Shown: piece after piece, positions 29,252-38,890 of the stretch | How the letters are laid out: each line of letters starts with the position of its first letter | Position numbering within the stretch: position 1 is the stretch's first letter | Assembly: GCA_963772655.1 (NCBI GenBank) | Contig: CAVYYE010000009.1 | Span: 22,343 to 86,342 of the forward strand | DNA from: an uncultured delta proteobacterium | Lineage (GTDB): Bacteria; Myxococcota_A; Polyangia; Haliangiales; Haliangiaceae | Direction of reading: 5' to 3' | Length of the DNA stretch: 64,000 nucleotides | Position numbers and translations under genes: made by a program | Notes under the pieces: generated by a model | What the model was told of the DNA's origin: nothing | The model's database searches: none | What the model saw: the letters and a program-made list of their open reading frames with translations, nothing else

Positions 29252-29796
29252 GAGCTCCGACGTACGCCGGTGCCTGCCTGCTCGCCGCGTTCGCGGTCGG
29301 TACGCTCGCGGGCTGTCCGTCGAACAACGACAGCAACCCGAGCGTGCTGTGGCTCGCCCCCGACGGTTCCGAGGTTCGGGTCCACCTGGTGGACACCGAG
29401 CCGCCACCCTTTTGAGCACCTGGTGTGGGACCCGGGCGGTCCCAGGAAGCTCCGTACACGCTGCAGGCTCCGGTGCCCGCCGGCACCTACCACGTGATCT
29501 GCGACGCGATCATCATCAAGCCGGTCGACGTCACCTTCGAGCTCATCCATCGCTCGAAGGCCGGTGACACCAACCTGGCGACCTGGACCGAGCACTTCGA
29601 GCCACTGACCGGCGGTGTCTACGAGGCGCAGGCCTACGAGATCGATCAGGCAGCCCCGGCGATCGAGCTCGATGGCGACGACGAGTTCGTGTTCCGCTAC
29701 TCGGGCTCCAACACCGACACCGAGCAGGCGTTCATCCCCAACGGGGACGGCGAGCGCGCGGGTGGTCGGATCCCGAACATCACGCTTCCCGAATAG
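29248..29796 (+). CDS. Hypothetical lipoprotein interrupted by in-frame TGA (29413-29415). Candidate selenoprotein or split gene.
   Basis: Lipobox 'LLAAFAVGTLAGC'. ORFs 29248..29415 and 29416..29796 are in the same frame, separated only by TGA. SECIS-like hairpin at 29427-29443. Confidence 0.4.
29427..29443 (+). promoter_or_regulatory. SECIS-like RNA hairpin GGGACC-CGGGC-GGUCCC, 11 nt downstream of in-frame TGA
   Basis: Perfect 6-bp stem and CGGGC loop. It shares the 11-mer CCCGGGCGGTC with the hairpin at 18608-18624 but in a different codon phase. Confidence 0.45.
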
Positions 29797-29831
29797 CTCG
29801 ACGGGAGCCGGCCGGCGGTTATAACCGAGCC

Positions 29832-31733
29832 ATGAAACGCGTGATGGTGTTCCTCGTGGCGGTCGCGGCGTGTGCGGTGATGCGCGCGGCGCCCGCCCGG
29901 GCCGATGTCCACCGGGTGTGGGTCAAGACGATCCCCGACGCCGCGACCTGGAAGGCCTACTCGAAGACGGTGGGCTCCGACGACATCGGGAAGTTCATCA
30001 TCGACGTCAAGACCAACGACATCTACTTCATCGACGTCAACCTGTTCAACATCCATGCGGACTTCGTCCTCGGCGTGCTGCTCAAGAAGCCGTGGACCGC
30101 CGACAACGTGCGCGAGTACAACCTGAACTACGAGCGCGTGAAGCCGAAGTTCATCCTCGGCTACCTCACGCACCACCTGAAGATCGACAAGTGGACGATG
30201 GCGTTCTGGGAGGGCGACAAGATCGGCCCCGACGACATCGTGCGTGCGCGCAAGCGACTCGACCAGACGTTCTGGATCAAGAACATGCCGTGGCGACCGG
30301 ACTCGCCGCTGCAGCAGAAGCTGGCGCGTCAGGTCGCGCGTCGCGGCATCAAGGTGATGTCCGCCGACGAGATCTACAAGAGCGCCGAGTTCCAGGCGTT
30401 CCGCAAGGGACGCGCGGTCGGCACGCTGCGCGTGGTTCCGGTCGGCACGCCGTACGAGAAGCTGACGTTCGATCGCCACGACATCGTGCTGCTCCAGGAG
30501 AGCTACCCAGATATCACCCCGGTGGCCGGCATCCTCGCCACCCAGTTCTCGACGCCGCTGTCGCACGTCAACCTGCGCGCGAATGCGTGGCGGATCCCCA
30601 ACGCCGGCGACAAGAAGGCGCGGGCGAAGTTCGGAAAGCTCGACGGCAAGACCGTGTACTACGAGGTCACGGACACCTCGATCGTGCTCCGCGAGGCGAC
30701 GCCGGCCGAGATCACCGAGCTCCAGCACAAGATCGACGCCGCCAAGACGGTGCAGCTCCCGCCGGCGAACCTCGACAACGCGCGGTTCGCGATGCTGACG
30801 CGGATGCGCGCGAAGGACGTGCGCAGCTACGGCACCAAGGCCGCCAACCTCGGCGAGATCGTGACCGCTAACGTCGGCGTCCACGTGCCTCCCGGGTTCG
30901 GGGTGCCGTTCTTCTATTACGTACAGCACATGAAGACCAACGGTCTCGACGCCAAGGTCGCCACGATGCTGGCGGACAAGCGGTTCGAGACCGATGCGGC
31001 GTGGCGCAAGCAGGCACTCGCGCAGCTGCGTGCCGCGATCGAGGGCGCGCCGATCGCGCAGCGCACGCTCGATGCGATCTACAAGCGCGTGCGGCTCGAG
31101 CTCGGCGGTCGCGGCGTGTTCGTGCGCAGCTCGACCAACTCGGAGGACCTGCCCGGGTTCAACGGCGCGGGCCTCTACGACACCGTGCCCAACGTGAAAG
31201 GTAAACGGGAGCTCGGCGAGGCGATCCGGAAGGTGTGGGCCTCGGTGTGGACCCTGCGCGCGGTCGACGAGCGCGAGGCGTTCGGGATCGATCACCGCCA
31301 GGTCTTTGCCGGTGTGCTGATCCAGGTCGGCGTCAACGCCACCGCGGCCGGCGTGTTGGTGACCAAGAACCTGTTCGATCCCTCCGACGACCACAGCTTC
31401 ACGATCAACGCGAAGTTCGGGCTCGGGATGCGCGTCGTCGAGGGCCAGAAGGTGCCCGAGCAGATCATCTTCGACCCCACCAACGACGGCACCAAGATCA
31501 TCTCGCGCGCCGACGACCCGGTGATGCTCAAGTTCGACGACAAGGGCGGCATCGTCGAGATGCCGGTCCCGAAGGGGGCCGGCGTGATCCTCACCGAGGC
31601 GCGCGCCAAGCGGCTGTCGAATCAGGTGCGGGCGTTCATCCCGGTGTTCACCCACGGCCAGCCCCTCGATGTCGAGTGGGTGCTCGAGGGCGAGAAGTTC
31701 TGGATCGTGCAGGCGCGTCCGTTCGTCGACTGA
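29832..31733 (+). CDS. Secreted PEP-utilizing-enzyme family protein (pyruvate phosphate dikinase / PEP synthase N-terminal nucleotide-binding domain only)
   Basis: Signal peptide 'MKRVMVFLVAVAACAVMRAAPARA'; PPDK_N-type motifs 'SYGTKAANLGE', 'GFGVPFFYY', 'VRSSTNSEDLPG', 'FWIVQARPF'. No phosphohistidine or PEP-binding domains. Confidence 0.6.
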   Translation: MKRVMVFLVAVAACAVMRAAPARADVHRVWVKTIPDAATWKAYSKTVGSDDIGKFIIDVKTNDIYFIDVNLFNIHADFVLGVLLKKPWTADNVREYNLNYERVKPKFILGYLTHHLKIDKWTMAFWEGDKIGPDDIVRARKRLDQTFWIKNMPWRPDSPLQQKLARQVARRGIKVMSADEIYKSAEFQAFRKGRAVGTLRVVPVGTPYEKLTFDRHDIVLLQESYPDITPVAGILATQFSTPLSHVNLRANAWRIPNAGDKKARAKFGKLDGKTVYYEVTDTSIVLREATPAEITELQHKIDAAKTVQLPPANLDNARFAMLTRMRAKDVRSYGTKAANLGEIVTANVGVHVPPGFGVPFFYYVQHMKTNGLDAKVATMLADKRFETDAAWRKQALAQLRAAIEGAPIAQRTLDAIYKRVRLELGGRGVFVRSSTNSEDLPGFNGAGLYDTVPNVKGKRELGEAIRKVWASVWTLRAVDEREAFGIDHRQVFAGVLIQVGVNATAAGVLVTKNLFDPSDDHSFTINAKFGLGMRVVEGQKVPEQIIFDPTNDGTKIISRADDPVMLKFDDKGGIVEMPVPKGAGVILTEARAKRLSNQVRAFIPVFTHGQPLDVEWVLEGEKFWIVQARPFVD

Positions 31734-31780
31734 CCGTCGCCCGACCGCTGGGACGACCGGAGTTGTGGCAGAGTAGCCGC

Positions 31781-32266
31781 GTGCGAGTCGCCGGTCTTGT
31801 CGTCCTTTCGCTCGTCGTGTGCTTCGGGTGCGATCTGCAGCCTCCCAAACACAAGGCGGCCGCCGTCTCCGATGTCACCGCGGGCCGTCCGGCCGCTCCC
31901 AACACGCCGACGCCACGGCCCGACCAGCCGCAGCCCAATCGGGGGGCGCAACCCAACCGGGCGCAGCCGCGGCCAGCCGCGGGCTCCGGATCGGCCGCCG
32001 AGGCCAACGCACACCCCGGGATGAAGACGACCGAGGAGTGCACCCAGGTCGGTGCGCACGTCGCCGAGATCGTGATCGCGTCGATCCAGGACGCGACGAT
32101 CCGCGCGCAGCAGGAGCAGGACCGCACCCGGCTGGTGCGTCGCATCGCCGAGACCTGCACGCGCGATCACTGGAACGCCGCGGCGCAGAAGTGCTTCCTC
32201 GATGGCAAGACGCCCCAGGACCTCGAGGTCTGCGGTCGCGCGCTGGCGCCGCCGAAGAAGCAGTAG
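31781..32266 (+). CDS. Hypothetical Pro/Gln-rich lipoprotein
   Basis: GTG start; lipobox 'LVVCFGC'; low-complexity N-terminus then a Cys-containing C-terminal domain. Confidence 0.45.
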   Translation: MRVAGLVVLSLVVCFGCDLQPPKHKAAAVSDVTAGRPAAPNTPTPRPDQPQPNRGAQPNRAQPRPAAGSGSAAEANAHPGMKTTEECTQVGAHVAEIVIASIQDATIRAQQEQDRTRLVRRIAETCTRDHWNAAAQKCFLDGKTPQDLEVCGRALAPPKKQ

Positions 32267-32334
32267 CGCGCCGTCCATTCCGGTTCCCGGGTGAAGTCGC
32301 CGGAGCGGAACCGAGAAGGCGAATCGCGAGGACG

Positions 32335-35300
32335 CTAGACCCGGCTGAGCAACGGCGATCGATACCCCGCCTCCTCGGCGCGACGCGCGCGCTCGCCGAG
32401 CGCCCGGCACACCGCCGCGGCGAGGCCCGGGACGTCGTCGACTAGCTCGTCGAAGTCGACGCGCTCGAGCCGGATCAGCCGGGCGTGACGGACCGCGGTC
32501 AGATCGTGCGCGAGCGTGAGCGGCGCGACGCACGCCAGCTCGTCGACGACCTCGCCCTTCACGATCCGGCGCTCGCCGAGCGCGAGCTCGCCATCCTCGA
32601 CGAGGATCAGCGCGTCGATCAGGTCGCCGGCGGTGATCACGACGGCGCCGGACCGCACGGTCGCCCACCGCGCCCGTTCGGCGACGTCGGCGAGCTGGCG
32701 CGTGGTCAGCGCGGCGAGCAGGGGCACGCGGCCCAGGGCGATCAGCGATTCGACGCGTGTCGGCATGTCGGGTCCTTCCGGTTCGGAGCTGGCGGGGCGG
32801 TGGATCGCCTGGGTCACCCGCCGCAAGAGGTCGTCGGTGGTGGCGTTCTCGATCTCGGCGCGGGCGGCCTCCGCGATCGCTTCGCGATGGGCGCTGCGGC
32901 CGTGGGTGTCGAGCACGTGGAGCGCGAGCGCGCGCGCGAGGCGATCGCGACCGGCGAGCTCGGCGCGCATCACCGCGTCTCGCGTCGGCGGTGCGATGCC
33001 GGCGCGCTCGAGGGCGGCCGCACGATCGGCGGGCGTCAGGTCGTCGACGGCGTCGACCAGCCGGCCGACCAGCGCGCGCGGCAGCGCGGTCTCGAGGACG
33101 GCGAGCGTGCGCGCGCGTTCGTGCGCGCCGCGGGCATGTCCCCACGCCGCCGCTGCACGCGCGATCGCGGGCGAACGCCGGCGCGCCGACAGCAACAGCA
33201 ACACCGTGTGCGCGATCTCGCGCATGCGCTCGTCGAGCCGGCGCGCGAGCAGCTCGTCCGACGGTTCGACGAGCGTCGCGATCGCCGCGCGGGTCTGATC
33301 GAGTGCGTCGAGCTCGGCATCGATCAGTCGATCGAGCGCCGCCGGCGTGACGGGAAGCTCGGCGAGTAGTGCGGCCGCGCGATCGCGCGCTCGCCGGCGG
33401 CCCCACGCGGCGGTCGAGATCAGCTCGCCGGCCGCGGCCGGACCGAGCGCCGTCAACGCATCTTCCGCGGCACCACGCACGTCGTCGTCGGGCTCGCCGA
33501 GCGCGCGGGCGATCCGTCGCAGATCGTCGGGCTCGACGGTGTCGGGTCGTGGTCGTGGTCCGGATTCGTCGCAGGCTGCTTCGAGCAGCGCGCCGAACAG
33601 CCGGATCGCGGCGGCGACCTCGGTCGCGTCGTCGGTATCCTTGTCGGGCACGCGCATCAGCGATACCAGGGCGTGCTCGGGTGCGACCGGCGTGGCCGCG
33701 GCTTCGACCCGTTCGCGCGCGAGCTCGAGCAGGTCGGCGCGGAGCAGCGCGAGCTCGGCGCTGCGACGATCGCGAGCCCACGTCGCCACCCGCGCGAGCG
33801 CCGCGAAACCGGCCGCGCGACTGGCGACGTCCCCGCGTCCGCGGCGCAGCGCGCGAGCGAGGTGGCGGGTGGCCTCGAACGCGCGGTCGCTATCGTCGGC
33901 GGCGATCGCGCGCGCGATCTCGACGCCGAGCTCCTCGGTCGCGACCCGACCGGTCGGACCCGGATCGCGGACCGCGTCGGCGAGCGCCGCGAGCGCGGCT
34001 TCGTGATCGCCGGAGACCCGGGCGCGGGCGATGGCGGCAGTGATCACCACCGCCGCGGACGCGCTGGCCTGCCAGGTCGCGAGCTCGTCTTCGCGCACAC
34101 CGCCGGCGAGCCCCGCCGCGCGGATCGCGAGCTCGGGGTCGGCGCCATCGCGCGCGGCGGCGAGGAGCGCGGGGCCGTGCGCCCCTGCAGGCTCGTCGAG
34201 CGTGGAGATCAACGCGCGCCAGATCGGCGCACCACCGGTCGCGCACGCCGCGCGCACCAGGTCGGGTACCGCATCGACCCGGCCACGCTCGTGCAGCCGC
34301 GCCAGGAGCTCGGCCGCGCGCGCCGGGTGACGGCCGTCGAGCTCGCGGCGCAGCGTCGTGATCGCGCGCGCATCGACCAACGCGTCGACCTCGTCGGCGG
34401 CGTCGGGCCCCGACGCACGCGCGATCGCGAGCGCGGGGAGCTGGCGCGCGATCTGCCACGCCGCCACCAACCAGATCGCCGCGCTCGCCGCGGTCGCGAC
34501 GTAGAACACCGAGGGCGCACCGACGAGCACCGCCGCGATCACGCCGCCGAGCACCGCCCCTGCCCGCTTCGCGGTGCCGTCGAGGAACCCGCCGACGCGG
34601 CCGCGGATCGCGGTCGGTAGCAGCGTCTGGGTGAGCTTCTCGGCGGGCGACTCCACGCCCGCGTCGAGCACGCGCGCCTGGACCTGGGTCGCGATCGCGA
34701 TCGCGAAGATCGGCGCGATCACCAACCCGGTGCCGGCCGCCAGTGCGACCAGCGGCGCGATCAGGAGGACGTGACCGGTTCCGAGCCGCGAGAACAGGCG
34801 GGGCGCCACGACGAGCTGGACCACCAGCACGAGCACCTGGCTCCCACTGCGGATGCCACCGATCAGCGCCGCGAGATCGGCCGCGCCTTCCGCCCGCGAG
34901 ACGCCGGGATCGACGTGTGCCGACAGCGCCACGCCGAGCGCGAAGTACGCGAGCGATGCGAACGCACCGGCGGCCGCGACCACGATCGCGAGCTGTCGCG
35001 CGAGCGGCTGGCGGCGGACCGCACGCGCGCCGTCGCGCCACGACCGCGCGATCAACGTGCCCGACGCACGCAGCGCGTTTCCCGAACCGATGCTCGTCGG
35101 CGCGACTCGCCGGGTCGCCGCCAACCGCGACGCCCCGAGCCCCGCCAGCGCGAGCATCGCCGCCGCGCACACCAGCACGCCCGGTGCCCCGAACGTCGCG
35201 GCGAGCGGCACCACGGCGACCGCACCGATCGCGGCGCCCGCCCCGCCCGTCGCCGCGAGCAGCGGTACCAGCCGGCGACTGCGCCGCGCGTCGACGCGCT

Positions 35301-35760
35301 CCGCGATCACGACCCAGAACGCGAGGTCGGTGGCGGCCGCGAGCTGCTTGCCACCGACCAGCGTGGTCACCGCCGCGGCGCGTGGCATCTGGAACGACAG
35401 CGCCGCCAGACAGGCGAGTACGACCGCCGACACCGTGGCAAGCGACGCCAGCACGCGGCGGCGCTCCAGCCGATCCGCGAGACCGCCGACCACGGCGAGC
35501 ACCACCGCGAGCAGCGCGCTCGATACCGCGACCGCTTCGCCGAGGTGCGCGGGCCCGATCTCCGACAGGAACATCGCGTCGGCGGCCGACGCGCTCATCG
35601 CCGCTCCCGCCGAGGCCAGCGCGAACGTGGTCCCGGCGGTCACGACGAGCGAGCGTTCGCTCGGCTGGATCCCGATCCGGGCCAGTACCCCGGACGAGCC
35701 GGCGAGGCCTGCCGTCGCGCCCATCCTTCGAGGATCATACGCTACCCACGCCAACACCAC
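32335..35760 (-). CDS. Large fusion protein: MFS-like 12-TM transporter domain + long alpha-helical (HEAT/ARM-like) region + C-terminal cyclic-nucleotide-binding domain
   Basis: N-terminal ~420 aa of repeated hydrophobic helices; central Ala/Arg-rich helical repeats; C-terminal 'LIALGRVPLLAALTTRQLADVAERARWATVRSGAVVITAGDLIDALILVEDGELAL' cNMP-binding-like fold. Confidence 0.5.
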   Translation of the reverse strand: MVLAWVAYDPRRMGATAGLAGSSGVLARIGIQPSERSLVVTAGTTFALASAGAAMSASAADAMFLSEIGPAHLGEAVAVSSALLAVVLAVVGGLADRLERRRVLASLATVSAVVLACLAALSFQMPRAAAVTTLVGGKQLAAATDLAFWVVIAERVDARRSRRLVPLLAATGGAGAAIGAVAVVPLAATFGAPGVLVCAAAMLALAGLGASRLAATRRVAPTSIGSGNALRASGTLIARSWRDGARAVRRQPLARQLAIVVAAAGAFASLAYFALGVALSAHVDPGVSRAEGAADLAALIGGIRSGSQVLVLVVQLVVAPRLFSRLGTGHVLLIAPLVALAAGTGLVIAPIFAIAIATQVQARVLDAGVESPAEKLTQTLLPTAIRGRVGGFLDGTAKRAGAVLGGVIAAVLVGAPSVFYVATAASAAIWLVAAWQIARQLPALAIARASGPDAADEVDALVDARAITTLRRELDGRHPARAAELLARLHERGRVDAVPDLVRAACATGGAPIWRALISTLDEPAGAHGPALLAAARDGADPELAIRAAGLAGGVREDELATWQASASAAVVITAAIARARVSGDHEAALAALADAVRDPGPTGRVATEELGVEIARAIAADDSDRAFEATRHLARALRRGRGDVASRAAGFAALARVATWARDRRSAELALLRADLLELARERVEAAATPVAPEHALVSLMRVPDKDTDDATEVAAAIRLFGALLEAACDESGPRPRPDTVEPDDLRRIARALGEPDDDVRGAAEDALTALGPAAAGELISTAAWGRRRARDRAAALLAELPVTPAALDRLIDAELDALDQTRAAIATLVEPSDELLARRLDERMREIAHTVLLLLSARRRSPAIARAAAAWGHARGAHERARTLAVLETALPRALVGRLVDAVDDLTPADRAAALERAGIAPPTRDAVMRAELAGRDRLARALALHVLDTHGRSAHREAIAEAARAEIENATTDDLLRRVTQAIHRPASSEPEGPDMPTRVESLIALGRVPLLAALTTRQLADVAERARWATVRSGAVVITAGDLIDALILVEDGELALGERRIVKGEVVDELACVAPLTLAHDLTAVRHARLIRLERVDFDELVDDVPGLAAAVCRALGERARRAEEAGYRSPLLSRV

Positions 35761-35802
35761 CTGGCTCGGGGTGGGTGGCTCGTGTCATGCTCGGGAGACC
35801 CG

Positions 35803-37530
35803 ATGCGCCGACGCCGTCGCACCCTCGCCGGGCTCTCGATCCTCGCCGTGGGCGCGATCGCCGGCATCGCCATCGCGCAGCAGCCCGCGCGGCCGCGCCC
35901 CGTCCTGCACGAGGACCTCGTCGTCTCGGGCGGCCCCACGCTCGATACCCGCGCGATCGGTGGCAGCGGTACCAGCGGCATGCCGGCGGCGATCCGCTCC
36001 GGCGACAAGATCATCCCCAAGCCGCCGCTCACCGATCCCGACAAGGCGAGGAACGACGAGCCCGTGCTCGGCACCGACCAGCGCGCGGCCGATCGCCAGA
36101 CCCAGATGCGGCCCGACGGCAACACGGGCAGTGACGACACCCTCCACTACGCGAGCGTGTTCAACCCCGACGTGCTGCCGTTCAAGCGGCTGTCGACCTT
36201 CGACGCCGTCAGCGACGATTACGTGCTTCGCGTCGGGCGCACGGCGCTGGTCGAGATTCCCATCGGCGGCACCACCGATCCGGCGAAGCGCGACTACTTC
36301 CGCGCCTCGGTGTTGATCCGGCTCGAGCCCGGGAAGGACATCCCTCTTCCCTCGGTCGCGCCCGACATGCGGATCCTGTCGTACGAGACCCGACCGCGCA
36401 TCCCGCTCAAGTTCGAGAAGGACGGCGCCGACAACTTCTACGTTCGTACCGACGAGGCGAGTGCCTCCGGCAACTACCGTCTGATCTTCGATTGCGATGC
36501 CGACGCCGGCTACTTCGCGCCGTCGCTGCCGACCACGCAGTTCTACACGCCGCGCAAGGTCGCGCTGATGGCGCCGCCCGAGATCCGGCCGGTGCTTCCC
36601 GCCGGCGTTCGCCAGTCGGCCCGGGTCACGCTCGACAAGCTCGGGATCGATGCCGACATGAAGCTCGGCGTGGCGTTCAACAAGCTGGTCGGCTACTTCC
36701 GCGCGTTCGAGGCCAAGCAGCTACCGCCGTCGAGCGGCAACATCTATCGCGACCTCTGCGACAACCAGGCCGGCGTATGCCGTCATCGCGCGTTCGCCTT
36801 CATGATCACCGCCAACGGGCTCGGCATCCCGACCCGCTACGTCGAGAACGAGGCCCACGCCTTCGTCGAGGTGTGGTTCCCCGAGCGCCACTGGCAGCGC
36901 ATCGATCTCGGCGGCGCCGCCCTCCGCATGGAGGTCACCGGTGCCGACGACAAGACCCTGCACCGCCCGCGCGCCGACGATCCGTTCGCCAAGCCCGACC
37001 AGTACAAGCAGAACTACACCCAGCTCCAGGGCGACATCGCCGGGCTCACGCAGCAGCAGCTCGACGACAAGCACGAGCCGCTCGACCAGTCGCCGCCGAG
37101 TGGCGCCGTCACGGCGAACGGCCAGGGTCAGGGTCTCGGCTCCGGCGGTGGAAGCGCCGGGCTCGGTCCCGATCAGGACACCATCCTCCCGGACGTCAAC
37201 CTCCCCGCCGTCGACATGGATCCCGACAAGCAGAGCCCCACCCTCGAGGTCACGCTCGCCAGCCCGAGCGCGTTCCGCGGCGGCGCGATCCGGATCGAGG
37301 GGCGCGCACACGTCGACGGTCGACCGTTGCCCGATCATCCGATCGACGTGTTCATCGCTCCCGCCGGCATGCACGGGGCCAACTCGCGAAATCTCGGACG
37401 CGCGACCACCAGCGCCGACGGTACGTTCCGCCAGGACTTCACGATCCCGTCGGGAGTCGACCTCGCGGTCTACGAGATCTATCTCTCGAGCTCGCCGGAC
37501 GCGTATTACAACGCAGCCCTCAGCGAGTGA
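35803..37530 (+). CDS. Secreted transglutaminase-like (Cys-His-Asp) domain protein
   Basis: Signal 'MRRRRRTLAGLSILAVGAIAGIAIA'; transglutaminase core 'GVCRHRAFAFMITANGLGIPTRYVENEAHAFVEVWF'. Confidence 0.65.
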   Translation: MRRRRRTLAGLSILAVGAIAGIAIAQQPARPRPVLHEDLVVSGGPTLDTRAIGGSGTSGMPAAIRSGDKIIPKPPLTDPDKARNDEPVLGTDQRAADRQTQMRPDGNTGSDDTLHYASVFNPDVLPFKRLSTFDAVSDDYVLRVGRTALVEIPIGGTTDPAKRDYFRASVLIRLEPGKDIPLPSVAPDMRILSYETRPRIPLKFEKDGADNFYVRTDEASASGNYRLIFDCDADAGYFAPSLPTTQFYTPRKVALMAPPEIRPVLPAGVRQSARVTLDKLGIDADMKLGVAFNKLVGYFRAFEAKQLPPSSGNIYRDLCDNQAGVCRHRAFAFMITANGLGIPTRYVENEAHAFVEVWFPERHWQRIDLGGAALRMEVTGADDKTLHRPRADDPFAKPDQYKQNYTQLQGDIAGLTQQQLDDKHEPLDQSPPSGAVTANGQGQGLGSGGGSAGLGPDQDTILPDVNLPAVDMDPDKQSPTLEVTLASPSAFRGGAIRIEGRAHVDGRPLPDHPIDVFIAPAGMHGANSRNLGRATTSADGTFRQDFTIPSGVDLAVYEIYLSSSPDAYYNAALSE

Positions 37531-37544
37531 GTTAGCATCGCACG

Positions 37545-38012
37545 ATGTCGCGTCGCGCCCCGGGCATGGTTCTCGGCCTCGCCCTCATCGCCAGCGTGGG
37601 GTGTAACCCGTTTCGCTCCGGGTCCGTCAAAGGCCACGTCGAGGCCAAGGGCGAGCTCGGCAACTGGGTGCTCGAGAAGGGCAACTGCTACTCCGGTCAA
37701 CGCGAGCAGTACTTCGGCGTGATCGGGTTCGGTCCCGACGGTAGCGGCATCGCGATCAAGCTGGTCAAGGACGGGGTGCGCGGCTGGACGGCGATCGTCA
37801 ACCAGGCGAGCAGTTGCCGCAACGAGGCCGAGAAGGGTGGGTGCAAGGCCGTCGTGTTCGCGCCGAACGACTGCACCACCTTCGACGTCGACGTGACGCG
37901 CACCAACACCACGGTCAACGACATCCGCGCGCTCGACGGTACGCTGCACATCGAGTGCTCGAACGACACGAGCTCGGTCAAAGGCAACCTGACCTTCGAC
38001 CACTGTCACTGA
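37545..38012 (+). CDS. Hypothetical small Cys-rich lipoprotein
   Basis: Lipobox 'LALIASVGC'; 155 aa; 6 Cys. Confidence 0.45.
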   Translation: MSRRAPGMVLGLALIASVGCNPFRSGSVKGHVEAKGELGNWVLEKGNCYSGQREQYFGVIGFGPDGSGIAIKLVKDGVRGWTAIVNQASSCRNEAEKGGCKAVVFAPNDCTTFDVDVTRTNTTVNDIRALDGTLHIECSNDTSSVKGNLTFDHCH

Positions 38013-38208
38013 GTAGATCGCCCGTCGCGCGAGGTCGATCTCATAGATCGCCCGTCGCGCGAGCCCCGATGGGCAACGTGCTCTCGCGAAGCCCCTGGAG
38101 AACGGGTCTCGCCTCCGGGCGATCGGGTGTTCGCACGGGTGGCACCGCACGGGCGGGACGCACGCACGCACGCACCACGAAACAACTCACGGAGTGCGAA
38201 CGACAGGG

Positions 38209-38850
38209 TCAGGTCAGCTGGACGGGGAACGTCACCAGCGTCGGGGTGCCGGTGGCGGGAAAGGTCATGCCGCGGAGCGCGCGCTGGGCGCACGCGAGCA
38301 GGCCCTTCTGGAACAGGTAGCGCGGCGCACGCAGCTGGCTCTTGGTGACGTGACCGTTGGCGCCGACGATCAGCTTGACCGTGATCGTGGTGCGGAGGTC
38401 GGTGCCGGCGGCCCCCTGGACCACACAGCTGCGGATGGGTCCGTTCTGGCGGGAGACCGCAGCGTTGATCTCGCTCTGCGTGAGCGGCCGGGCATCCGGG
38501 CCGGCGTTCATGTCGATCTTGCGCGACGGCAGCGTCGTGATCTGACCGCGCCACTCGAGCGCGCGATCGGCGGCGGACAGCTTGATCAGCGGCACCGCGG
38601 GCTCGGTCTCGTCGGTGCCGTCGTCGGCGAACTCGGGCCCGGCAGAGGTCCGCCGGTGGTAGCCGCGACGCGGACGCCACCGCCGCTTCTTGCGCTTGTT
38701 GTGGGCGGGCTTGGCATCGGAGGCGACCGCGACCACCCCGGCATCGGTCGGTCCCGCGGCGTGCTGGCCCCACGGTGGCCGCAGCCCGAGATACATTGCC
38801 CCGGCACCGACGATCAGGCCGATGACGAGTCCAACGAGCCAACCGCGCAC
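38209..38850 (-). CDS. Membrane-anchored protein with TonB/AgmX-PglI-like C-terminal domain
   Basis: N-terminal TM 'WLVGLVIGLIVGAGAMYLGL', basic linker, C-terminal 'ITVKLIVGANGHVT...LLACAQRAL...TFPVQL'. Confidence 0.35.
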   Translation of the reverse strand: MRGWLVGLVIGLIVGAGAMYLGLRPPWGQHAAGPTDAGVVAVASDAKPAHNKRKKRRWRPRRGYHRRTSAGPEFADDGTDETEPAVPLIKLSAADRALEWRGQITTLPSRKIDMNAGPDARPLTQSEINAAVSRQNGPIRSCVVQGAAGTDLRTTITVKLIVGANGHVTKSQLRAPRYLFQKGLLACAQRALRGMTFPATGTPTLVTFPVQLT

Positions 38851-38890
38851 AGCTAGCTTGTATCACGCTGCGTCGGGATCGGCCTTCCCG

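Noticed and set aside
34743-37535. ORFs 34743..36134, 34771..37530 (upstream part) and 34853..36316 overlapping the minus-strand MFS-cNMP gene
   Set aside because: Antisense or alternate-frame Arg-rich translations. The genuine transglutaminase gene starts at ATG 35803 with a signal peptide.
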